Of a DNA stretch of 64,000 bases, positions 1-10,185 are shown piece by piece. The stretch is from the NCBI RefSeq assembly GCF_002105155.1, contig NW_019029001.1, positions 1 through 64,000 on the forward strand, in the 5' to 3' direction. This stretch comes from Lobosporangium transversale. Lineage: Eukaryota. A program made the translations under genes and the position numbers. A model generated the notes under the pieces. It ran no database searches and was not told where the DNA came from. It saw only the letters and a program-made list of their open reading frames with translations. Positions within the stretch are counted from its first letter, which is position 1; each line of letters starts with the position of its first letter.

Positions 1-2414
1 ACAGAGAAGCAAATCCAGGCCTGGGCATCCCAACAAGGATTCTCCATTGCAAGATCTCATAGCCGTTTTGATGTTCACCCACGAGGTATGAATCACTCTT
101 CAGTTAGTTTCGTTACTCTAGCCCACTACTGTGGTATGTCACACATCTCCTAATGGACCGCAACTGATGCTTTCAATAGTGATACTCCGCTGCAAACGTT
201 CGAGAACGCACAAACCAAAAAAGCACCCGAGCGCAAGTAAGCAACGAGAATCGCGATCGCATCGGATTCAGTGTCCTTGGAAAATCACCCTCCGGTCTCC
301 ACAAACAATTGCACCAGAATGGTATATATCGTCGTCCCACCTGGGCCACAACCACGATCTTTCCTCCGTGGCGGCGGAATTGGGTTGCAGAGCCGCCCGG
401 ATTACCCCTGCGATGCAATCAAGGATCGCATTCTACACCGAAGGCGACCTCACGCTGAGACAGGTCGTGAAACTTCTAAAGCAGGATTTCCCTGGTCAGC
501 TTTTCCGCTGTCGGCAAGTCACAAACGCTATCCAGAAGGCGAAGGCGGCACAGAGAGGGGATTCAGAGGTGTCTTCTCTTGTGGATATTCTTCGCCGAAA
601 GGAAAGGGAAGAAAACTGGTTTTTCCGTATGCACCTTGACAATGGAAGGTTATCTAGAGTGTTCTGGATGAGTCCTGAGCAAATCAGGCTCTATCTGCTA
701 TATAGCGATGCGGTTGTGAACGACAACACATACCCGCAAAATAGGTTCAATATGCGACTCAATGTTACGGTCGTGGTCGATTGCGACGGAAAGAGTCGCC
801 TTGCTGCCTGTGCTTTGGTGTGTGGAGAATCCGCTGAGGATTACCGTTGGATTCTTCGGATGCTTTTGGAGGCATCAGAGGGCCGGCCGCCCCGTATCAT
901 TTTGGTGGATGAGGATGCTGCAATGGAGATGGCGTGTCGAGAAGAGATAGGGGACAGTATGATTTTCAACTGCATATGGCATTTGAATCAAAACCTTATC
1001 AAGAACGTTCGTGGCCTTGTGACAGACTGGGATCGCTTCAAGTCGAATTTCGAGTACCTGAGGAAGCTGCGGAACCCGGAACACTTTGAGCTGGAATGGA
1101 TGTCCAAATTGGTTCCATTCGGAGCAGAAAACCCGAAGGTAGCAAAGCACATCGGGAAACTCTACGAACGCAGACGTCAGTGGGCGCTTCCATGGGTTCA
1201 ATTAGAGTTTACGGGAGGCATGCAATCAACTCAAAGGGTCGAAAGTATGCACGGTGTGATCAAGCGCTCAATCCAAAGCAAAACCACTCTGGAGTCGCTA
1301 TTCGATGTCATCCAAACACGGGTATCGGACGAGAGGGAAAACTCGATTTTCCTCCATTATCGGGCTGAGCAAGATTTGTTGCCACTCGGGCCTCTGTTGA
1401 ATTTCATCCAACCTGCTTTCGGAGATATCGCAGATATGAACAATCGCTTCCTCGGACAGTCATCAGTGACAGCGATGTTGACCGAGATGGCTCGTTCATA
1501 CCAGAGTCGCTCGCGTCCTAGGGATGAGGCCTTCTGGCTAAATCTCAACGTCGCGATATCAGAGCCTGATCCTTTACATGTTCGTGATTCTACCTACCTT
1601 CCTACTTGTTTTTTTGAATGACGGCTTTGTATTAATATATTGATGTTTATTTTATTCATTGGTTTTTCTCTAGCTGATGGACGACTTGGACGATCAACAG
1701 CGCGGCCACGAGCTGACGCTGGCAACGCTGGTGAATCTGTGCGGAAGAGATAACATCGAAAGCGTCTCCGATGTGTGGGACATGATGGATGTTAAAGAAG
1801 TCAACAAGGAATCTGTGATCCTGTGTAAAGATGGTTCATACTTTTGTACGTGCAATCTTTTGCTGGCTACAGGCGCTGTGTGTCGGCATTTCTTTCACCT
1901 CATGCAGACCTCCCCGCGATTCAAGTACCACATCCTACTCATCCCAAAGCGGTGTCGTCAAGAAATCCAGCGAGAACGTGATCGTGAGATTATGACAGAA
2001 CCATTCTGTACAGCCCTCTGTCATCGTCCACAACCTAAAGCTGGACATCCGGGGAAAAGACATTTGCAAGTCCTCCGTAGGGTTTGCCCAAGCCTGTACA
2101 CTCCGATGAGAGAATACGATGAACGTGAGCTATCCCGTAAACGTCGTCAGCGTGATCTTACGGGAGTGATTGAGGATTTGTTAAGTGTCGCCGGCGATCA
2201 TCCGGAACAATATGAATCTTTGGTGCAGACTGTGCAAGATGCGCTCCGTAGTGCAAGGGGGGATATATTGGATCCCGAAATTACGGCGAAGAAAGGCCGA
2301 CCACCAACGAAACGGATCAAGAGCAGTATAGAGACCAGCAAGCAATTGTCGAAGCAAAGGTGTGGAGAGTGTGGGGTTGTAGGGCATAACAAAAGGTTTC
2401 ATGGTCAACTCTAG
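1..2414 (+). CDS. Mutator (MULE)/FAR1-type transposase, 5'-partial; exons <1-85, 180-1579, 1674-2414
   Basis: GT..AG introns 86-179 and 1580-1673 join the frames without stops. FAR1/WRKY-like region (WASQQGF...C..C...HNH), DDE core (VNDNTY, ILVDED, CIWH, STQRVES), SWIM (CTC..GAVCRH), KGRP and C-terminal zinc knuckle (CGEC...GHNKR). Confidence 0.9.
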
Positions 2415-2478
2415 AGACATAATAAAGCCTGTAGCAGTCGACTGCAAAAGTGATATTCATCTCCCCCTCTTATTAATT

Positions 2479-3059
2479 TTGTGCATATTCTACTTTGCTC
2501 ATTCTCCTGATCACAATTGTTCCTTCGGTGAACTGAAATGACCATTGGCGAGGGCATTTGAAAAGGTCCACTGAAAGTGAAGTGGACTATTATAAAGACA
2601 ATCGTTAACATAGAATATGTACTAAGATTAATGCATAAAATGGCAGCGTTGGTGCTAATCCTGAACTGAAAGCAGCTTTGCATTTCAAGGGAGTACACAG
2701 AGTTATTTCACTCACTTCGGGCCAAAAAAGAGTGTTAGAGTAAACGCAATTTTTATTTCTTTTATTTCTGTATATGATACCGGTATTATCATACCATTAC
2801 TTAACGAGCACATGGATGGTGCAGTGCCTTTTATAAATTAGTTCCTCCTATTATGTTAGAATAGACTTCTGCTTTCAGTTCAGGATTAGCACCAACGCTG
2901 CAGAAGCAATGATAATAAATAGCCATTTTATGCATTAATCATAGTACATATTCTATGTTAACGATTGTCTTTATAATAGTCCACTTCACTTTCAGTGGAC
3001 CTTTTCAAATGCCCTCGCCAATGGTAATCAGGAGAATGAGCAAAGTAGAATGTGGACAA
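2479..3059. repeat. Long imperfect inverted repeat (arms ~2487-2675 and ~2869-3051, spacer ~190 bp)
   Basis: ACCATTGGCGAGGGCATTTGAAAAGGTCCACTGAAAG...GGTGCTAATCCTGAACTGAAAGCAG reappears as its reverse complement; each arm carries one private indel. Confidence 0.9.
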
Positions 3060-3120
3060 GAGAGACATGGAAAATGAGAGAGGAGTCATTTCGTGGTCAC
3101 TTTTGTTTTGCGGTCTAATG

Positions 3121-3299
3121 TATTTGGCATTGGTTCTGGGGTTCTTGTTATCAAAAAAAAAAAAAAAAAAAAAGTACTGTATTTGGCAGCCCAGCTGCCA
3201 CCCAAGAGTGCGAAGTTAAGTGGCAGCCCCCAGAAGTAGGCTGCCAAATAGAGGCAAAAATTACTATATTTGGCAATGAGCTGCCAAATAGATTAATCC
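3121..3299. mobile_element. Probable right terminus of the Mutator element, with clustered TATTTGGCA motifs
   Basis: TATTTGGCA at 3121, 3180 and 3267, reverse complement TGCCAAATA at ~3242 and ~3282; ends ...GATTAATCC (GG start when read inward). Left terminus is outside the window. Confidence 0.5.
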
Positions 3300-3308
3300 A
3301 ATATATTT

Positions 3309-3381
3309 CGCCCAATGTGGGGGTCGAACCCACAACCTTAAGATTAAGAGTCTTACGCTCTACCGATTGAGCTAACCGGGC
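3309..3381 (-). tRNA. tRNA-Lys (anticodon CTT), intronless, 73 nt
   Basis: Minus strand GCCCGGTTAGCTCAATCGGTAGAGCGTAAGACTCTTAATCTTAAGGTTGTGGGTTCGACCCCCACATTGGGCG folds as a cloverleaf with A/B boxes and a CT-CTT-AA anticodon loop. Confidence 0.97.
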
Positions 3382-3392
3382 TGTCTTATTTG

Positions 3393-3783
3393 TGTTGTGT
3401 CCTAAATCGAGGCAACTTAAGCTCACGTCCTATAACAAGTGACGTCATGGTAGGTAGGACCAGAGGTATACCTATAGTGGTACCCTCAAACCCACCCCGT
3501 CCTGCCTGGACGTGAGCTCAGCCACCCGATCCTCCCCGCTATAATAAATAGTGGACTCTCCGTCCCTGAAGTGTTCCTTACCTTTATCTTGGTACAACAC
3601 TTCAGGTATGCAACCTCATTGATCTCAGCACTAGTTACTTGTATAGTATTATATGTATCATAAACTAATAAAGACCTTTATCTTGGTACAACACTTCAGT
3701 GTGTTCTATGTATTTGCGTCTCGTTGCGGTTTTTAAGGGCATCTCAGTATAACCCCCCGGTTCTTAAGACAGTGATTTTTTCA
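3393..3783 (+). mobile_element. 5' LTR of a Ty3/gypsy retrotransposon
   Basis: TG...CA boundaries, TATA-like ATAAATA near 3544, AATAAA near 3667, followed by a PBS and gag. No partner LTR in the window, so the left edge (3391 or 3393) is approximate. Confidence 0.7.
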
Positions 3784-3784
3784 A

Positions 3785-3796
3785 TGGTAGCAAAGG
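3785..3796 (+). promoter_or_regulatory. Primer-binding site, initiator tRNA-Met type
   Basis: TGGTAGCAAAGG 1 nt after the LTR's CA; 11/12 match to the complement of an AGCAGAG-type tRNA-iMet 3' end (TGGTAGCAGAGG). Confidence 0.75.
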
Positions 3797-3933
3797 CACC
3801 ACGGTCTTAACGAGCCCAATAATCAACGATCAGTCCACAGTTTTTTTTTGGTCGCACAGTTTTTATTTGTCAACAGTTTTATTTGTCCACAGTTATTTGT
3901 CCGTAATTCGGTTACACAGTTTACAAATAGTTT

Positions 3934-5988
3934 ATGGTGGTTTTTAGCCCACCAAGTGATACAGAATCGGAAGCAAGTTATACCACGGCAGAAATGGACG
4001 CAGCAGAGATATTTGCACAGCGTCAGCAACAGTTGCAGCAGGCCTCGAGTGAGGAGCTCGCGCGAAGAGTCGAGGAGCTCACTAGGCAGCTCGAGTTCGC
4101 CAATAATCAATTGGCCTCAGCACCAGCGCCCCCGGCAGTAAGCCGATGGCTGGACCCTCACAGGCCAGCCCCGCAGTTTGCCGCTCAGACCTCTACTTTC
4201 TCGGGGCACGAAGTCGCCTTCGACCTTGATGCTTGGCTCAAGTTCATCGAGCTGCAGTTCCGGAGTCAGACGTGGCCGGACAACAAGAAAGTTCCCAGTT
4301 TTGTCACCATCCTCAAGGGAGGTGCTCTGTCGTGGGCCCTCCAATATATCGATGACAAGGGCGAAGACATCGGTTGGGATGCGTTCAAGGAAGACTTCGT
4401 TAAGAGATGGACGCAGACCCATCTTTCACAGAACCTGAGGGCCCAGTTAGACGGGCTAAAGATGGAGAAAGACGAGGCCCTAATCAGCTTCATGAGCAGA
4501 TACGTAGCGTTAGCCAACAAAATCCATGACAAGTCTACAATGGACAAGAAGTTGGAGTTAGCCAGAAAACTCCCACAATATATCCGAAACAAACTTGTTG
4601 ATATCATGAGGCCTGAGGATTCGCTCGAGACCTTCACTCACAAGATTGCCTTGAAGGATCAAGACCTGTCGGCCTTCAGATCCCTCACCAGTGGCCATGC
4701 GGGGGGAAACCCAGTCCATGGCAGTCGTAACCTTGGGTTTAGGTCGCAGTCCTTCGCTAGTACTAATGCCGGCGCCCCCAGGTCCAGTGTGCCAAGTGCG
4801 CCAGACATGTCCATGGATTTGGACCATGTCCGGCAGCGTTTCACGGAGGAAGAGCTTGAGGTTGCGGCCATGCAGACTCGCCAGCATAGTGAGGGTCGAA
4901 AGTGCTTCCACTGCGGCAAGAACGGCCATATCAAGGCAAACTGTCCAGATAGAAGTAAGCCGCGATGCTACGGCTGTGGGATCCCTGGACATAGAATAGA
5001 GTACTGCCCTGGCAATAAAGGTCGCAATTCTTCATCGTATATTTTACAGTCCTATCACCTAAAGAATGGCAATACCCCAGAAAATTATAAAGAGTTGAAC
5101 CGGCCGGTGCACGAAGTACGCGCAAAGGTCGGAACCTTAGGGGCACGCGTGCTGATCGACTCCGGTGCTTCCGGTAACTTCGTCTGCTCTGAATTCATAA
5201 GGGATCTCAAGAAGGAAGACTACCGTTTACTACCCTTACCTAAACCAGTCAGGATCCTGATGGCCCGTGGCCAAAGCTCTGTCTCGTCAACCACGGCTAC
5301 TCTTGCTCTCAGTATGGGCGACGAGGTAATGAGAGAAACGGGAGTCGTCGTTGATAATTTGAGATACGATATCATCCTAGGGCAACCCTGGCTGCGGAAG
5401 TGGAACCCGCAGGTAAATTGGCGTACTGGAATATACAAATGGCAAGGTCGAAAAGGTTGGCAGGCGATACGCAGCGTAAGGGAGGAAAATAATGGCCAGC
5501 TGGCTTCAAATATTGAATCTACCGGGGCGAGCGACAATAAGAGCGTTAAGGAAACTGCAGAAAGGACAATGGAAGGAGACGTCATAAAAAATGTCGCAGA
5601 GACAGTGGCAGGCACAGACGAATTGTGGAATACGACAGTAAGAGAGGGCGAGGAAGCAACAATGGGAAATGTGAAGAGCGATGGAATGGAGCAAGTAGAA
5701 ATGGTGAAAGCAAATGAGGAGACAAAAAATGGGGAATCTACAGAAAAAGAAAAAGATCATCTGATCTCAACCTCTGCAGAACATGAGGCCAAGAACCGTA
5801 CAGACGTTCGCCTCGTCGGAGTGAAGCATTTCAAGAAGATCCTGAATACTACAGAGGATTATGGAGTTTGCTTTATCAGTGGGGACGAAGTAGAGTTAGT
5901 GGTCAATTCCGTTGACGCCGCCGGTGAGGGAGCAGAAAAGGTCCCAGTGTCAAGGATTGACAGGACGATTGCAAGAGAAGGTAAGTGA
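3934..5988 (+). mobile_element. Ty3/gypsy Gag-protease ORF, truncated before RT/RNase H/integrase
   Basis: Capsid-like region (LKGGALSW...WDAFKEDFVKRW), two CCHC knuckles (CFHCGKNGHIKANC, CYGCGIPGHRIEYC), aspartic protease LIDSGASGNF...DIILGQPWL. The last ~13 codons read into a foreign LTR starting at 5948. Confidence 0.92.
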
Positions 5989-6470
5989 TTTAGGAACAAG
6001 AATGAACTTAGGAGATTCAAGAATAGTTTTATTGCAGACTGAGGTTTACTATGTTACAAATCTATCATATTTATACTTGTTTGACTGAAGCGGAGACGCG
6101 CTTCAAGAACTCTAAATAAAGCTTACTCAAATATTTCCTAAGGACTTTTACCATATGCGGAACTTCAAGTGTTGAGTTAACTTAATACACAGGATCCGAG
6201 GAAGATATCTGGTGCAATCTTATTTCAAGGTTCCTTGGCACTATAAGCCTTGGTTATTGGTTTATAGCTCTTCTAGAATCCTCGGAGCTATTCACGAAGC
6301 TAGAAAACTAGGAGACGCGACTTGGCTTGACAGGCAAACTATGCATGGAGGAATGAGTGAAGGAAATGAGCGGAACAAATTAATCAAGCACACGTGATCT
6401 TTTTCAGATTCGAATCAGACAAAAGTCATTCATCAATTCATGAGCTAGACATTGCTTGCTGTTCGTGACA
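5948..6470 (-). mobile_element. LTR of a second retrotransposon family, reverse orientation, no internal sequence
   Basis: Termini TGTCAAGGA...TTCGTGACA (inverted TGTCA). On the minus strand TATAAATAT (~6067-6075) precedes CAATAAAA (~6027-6034). Flanks CCCAG/TCCTG are not a clean TSD. Confidence 0.7.
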
Positions 6471-6555
6471 TCCTGCTTATTTCTGATAGCTTTTCACTAC
6501 TTTGAAATTTTCCTCTCATTTGGACAATTTTTTAACCATCGTTTTTTTCCACCTA

Positions 6556-7496
6556 TCAAAACCTCGTATTGCCCCCTTTCGCCCTTATGACTGCTAACAT
6601 CCGCTCAGGCATACTTCTTATCAGATTGCGGCAGACCTCCTTCGGTGTCTCCTCCTCCCATATCTGGCTCACTCTTTCCCAGAGTTCCAGCATGCCTTCT
6701 GGAATGGTCCCATGTTCGCGAATTTTTTTTTTTAAATGATCCCACAAGTGCTCAATAGGGTTTAGGTCTGGTGAATTGGCAGGCCATGTCAGTATTCTAC
6801 CTGACGCTCTTGTCAATCCAATAGAGGCAAGGTAGGTTGTGACTCTCTTAGCCGTATGCTTAGAATCATTGTCTTGTTGGAAGATAAATTGCTCTGGATC
6901 AATGTTGTACCAATCCACAGTATTCAATAACTCGTCCTGGAGGATACGAATATACAGCTCGGAGTCCAGCGTGGAGTCGATCTTGGCCAAGTAGCCTGGC
7001 CCATCCCACGTCATGCAGCCCCAAACCATGATCGAACCACCACCATGTTTGACTGTGGGCGAAACTAACTTTGGGTCAATATCGGCCGCCTTCACCTTTG
7101 GTTCTTTATTTGTTTCCACCCAAACATAGCGCATGCCATCAGAAGATATCCTACAAATTTTGGACTCATCGAACCAAATTACTCGCTTCCAATCAGCTTC
7201 GGTCCAGTCTTTGTGCTGGAGAGCAAAGTCCAGTCGAGCTTTCTTTTGACGTTTTGTTAACCTAGGCTTCTTGACGGCTTTTTTAGCTTCCATGCCTATA
7301 TCTCTCAGCGCCCGACGCACCGTATTAGCTGACACCGGATCTTCGTTCTCATCGTTATAGAGTCTGGTAGCATGGACAGCTGATGAGACTACACCACGGT
7401 GAAGCAACAATCGAATATAATATGCATTCCGGTAATCGAACTTCCCTGGCCGACCAGCTCTACTTTTACTCCTGGCAGGCCCTAATGTCTTGGAGA
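6556..7496 (-). pseudogene. Tc1-like transposase A (DD39E), N-terminus lost at the nested insertion
   Basis: Frame is open from 7496 (ISKTLGPARSKSRAGRPGK...). Motifs VIWFDESK, TVKHGGGSIMVWGC, FQQDNDSKH, WPANSPDLNPIEHLW, GGNTRF. Confidence 0.9.
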
Positions 7497-7498
7497 TA

Positions 7499-9130
7499 CA
7501 CTATCATGCAAAACTGATTCAATAATTCATTCCCATGTGCATTTCTTTTTTTCATTCCTCGAAACCGTATATGCATACAACACTCATACTTTGGTTTAAT
7601 AAAGCTCCCGTCTTCTTCTACGTCATAGTGATGCGTTGTGACATTAGCTTGTCTCATTTGAATAGCTAATGACTTTTTTGTTCATTCAGGTCATTGAATC
7701 AGTTTCACATGTGGTCTAAAATGTTGCCCATGACAACTTTTGGACGTCATTTAATGCCAGTAAAAAAAGGACTTTTCTCTCTTTCTTTTATGAACACTTG
7801 CTTAACTCTCTCTTAACTATACCTTCACAGAATATGAGACCCACTCCACAAAGGAAAGTCAACGAAGCCAGGAGGTTAATGATGGGAGGCATGTCTACTA
7901 GAGAAACTGCTGCTAGTGTTGGTATATCAATAGCGACGGCCACCAGGATCTATGCACATAATAAGGAGTACATGCCAGTCAATAAAGGCGGTCGACCAAG
8001 GAAAGTACCTAGAGGTATCATGCAGTATCTTAAGGTGAACATGAAACGAGGTACACTCAAGTCTGCAGTTGAGGCCACCGTCAGAGCCAACCAGCTCATA
8101 CCAGCGACTGTTTCTGAGACCACCGTTAGACGACGGCTCAAGGAGTTAGGATTGACAGCAAAGAGGCGTGTACATAAGCCAGCTTTACGTCGACGGCATA
8201 TTAAAGCTCGTTTGCATTTTATCAATTAGTATAAGGAATGGACTCTGGAAGATTGGAAAAAGGTTATTTGGTCAGATGAATCGAAAATAAACCGAATCTG
8301 CTCTGATGGCGTGCAGTGGATCTGGGACGACAATCCGGGACGCCTCACTCGCAGGTCGGTGCAAGGCACTGTCAAGTTTGGGGGTGGTAATGTTAAAGTG
8401 TGGTCATGCTTCTCATGGTACGGACCTGGATACATTGCAAAGATTGACAATAATATGGGCGCACAAGTTTACATCAAACTACTCCAGGAGGATCTACAGA
8501 TGTCGCTTGATGACTGGGGCCTAACTAAAAGCGATATCGTCTTTCAGCACGACAATGACTCGAAGCACACGGCGAAGATTGTTAGGAAGTATTTGGAGTC
8601 AGTACATCTGACAGAAGAGGAAGGTACACTTCTAGAGTGGCCAGCACAATCCCCTGACCTCAACCCTATTGAACACATGTGGGCAGAATTGGATAGGAGG
8701 CTCTCTAGGTATCCCGAGCGAGCTAAGAGCTGTGATGAACTATGGGAGCGAATATCGGTTGAATGGTACAGGATCCCAGTGGACTTCTGCCGCAAACTCA
8801 TCATAGGTATCCATAAGAGACTCCAAGCTGTCAGTGATGCCCATGGTTGGAATACTACTTATTGATGTAAGGTTATGGCTCACAAAAGAATAAAGATCTT
8901 TGGCCACCGAATGGGCACATGTGAAACTGATTCAATGACCTGAATGAACAAAAAAGTCATTAGCTATTCAAATGAGACAAGCTAATGTCACAACGCATCA
9001 CTATGACGTAGAAGAAGACGGGAGCTTTATTAAACCAAAGTATGAGTGTTGTATGCATATACGGTTTCGAGGAATGAAAAAAAGAAATGCACATGGGAAT
9101 GAATTATTGAATCAGTTTTGCATGATAGTG
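7499..9130 (+). mobile_element. Tc1-like element B (inner), 1632 bp, 215-bp TIRs, TA on both sides
   Basis: TIRs 7499-7713 and 8916-9130 read as reverse complements; TA at 7497-7498 and 9131-9132. Confidence 0.95.
7834..8865 (+). pseudogene. Tc1-like transposase B (DD39E) with one in-frame TAG at 8227-8229
   Basis: ORFs 7798-8229 and 8311-8865 share a frame. HTH + GRPRK, VIWSDESK, GGGNVKVWSC, FQHDNDSKH, WPAQSPDLNPIEHMW. Confidence 0.92.
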
Positions 9131-9339
9131 TATAATTGTCCAAATGAGATTAAATACTTTTGTCAATGAAAAACCATGGTGAATGAGACTAGAGATATTT
9201 TAAACTGAACCAGTCCACGTATCATTGGCATACTTGTTTACTCTGATAAAAATAAAAGTGCAAGCAACCATCGCTATTATTCTAATCAAGACGGAAAACA
9301 TGAGCGTGGAACATTTGGACAAATTTGGAAGCCACTGTA

Positions 9340-9870
9340 TGAATCTCAAGTATTTCGCATGGCCACAGTCGGCTCTTGCCTCATTAAGAAAATTAATACT
9401 TTGCTTCATGACGGCAACTTGGAAGAAAACTTAGTCTATGGTGGTGGCAGTAAACGACAACTGAGTATTAATGTTTTCGCACATGGACTGGAACAGTAAA
9501 ACAAAGAGATCTGTGTGGATCAGACTGGCGTTGTACTAATACAATATTAATGTTGCATATTTTATTATTATATCGCATAAATTTACTTTATTTCATTGAT
9601 TTATGATTTGATGTGGGCGGGATGAGAATGAAAGAATTGTCTACAAAGCACTCCTTCATATATTGTCATAACCAATAGATTTTTGGGAGAGAGCGCTCCA
9701 GTAAACTTTCAACCGCATTGTTGTCGGTGACTACAAGCTCGCTGCTGCCTGAAGGGAAAAGGTCAGTTATTTTTCGTGTTGTTTTGACGGTATCTGATAC
9801 ATCATTTTCCTCCGACTGCCATATCCAATCAATCTGCAACGTAGTTTTACTGTCCTGAAATTCTAGAATC
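9340..9870 (-). pseudogene. Gene fragment of unknown family, cut by Tc1 element A
   Basis: Two exon-like segments with AG acceptors (ILEFQDSK..., YNASLIHTDLF...) and an internal stop; no recognisable motif. Confidence 0.3.
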
Positions 9871-10185
9871 TGTACACTCATAGAAAATAGACAGTATGAC
9901 ATACTGTCTAATAAGTTGAGTACTAAAGTTGCAGATTTTAGTATTTATTCAGTGCATACTGATTTTTTTGCCATTCTTTGGATGCATGTCACGGGAATGG
10001 TGGCCAACTATGAGAACCCTTATGTCACGGACGCTGGGATGCAATCAATTTGGCTTCCAAGAGAGTGACGTAGCATTTTTATTTATTATATCGGAATAAA
10101 TACATAAACAAGTGTCTCTTTTCCTCCAACCACAAACGTAAACAGTATTTTGCTCCATCCCTTTGTCTCGCGCATTCTTCTCACC

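Larger units (their letters stand above)
6471..9337 (-). mobile_element. Tc1-like element A (outer), disrupted
   Basis: Right end ...CATTTGGACAAATTTGGAAGCCACTG|TA (CAGTGG inward); motif TCTCATTTGGACAATT at 6514-6529 and inverted at 9134-9149; left end cut by the LTR. Confidence 0.75.

Noticed and set aside
8227..8229. Programmed readthrough of the TAG in Tc1-B
   Set aside because: Context TAG-TAT is not a known readthrough signal; a single nonsense substitution is simpler.
7466..9169. Twin ORFs MRQANVTTHHY... on opposite strands
   Set aside because: Translations of the two Tc1-B TIRs.
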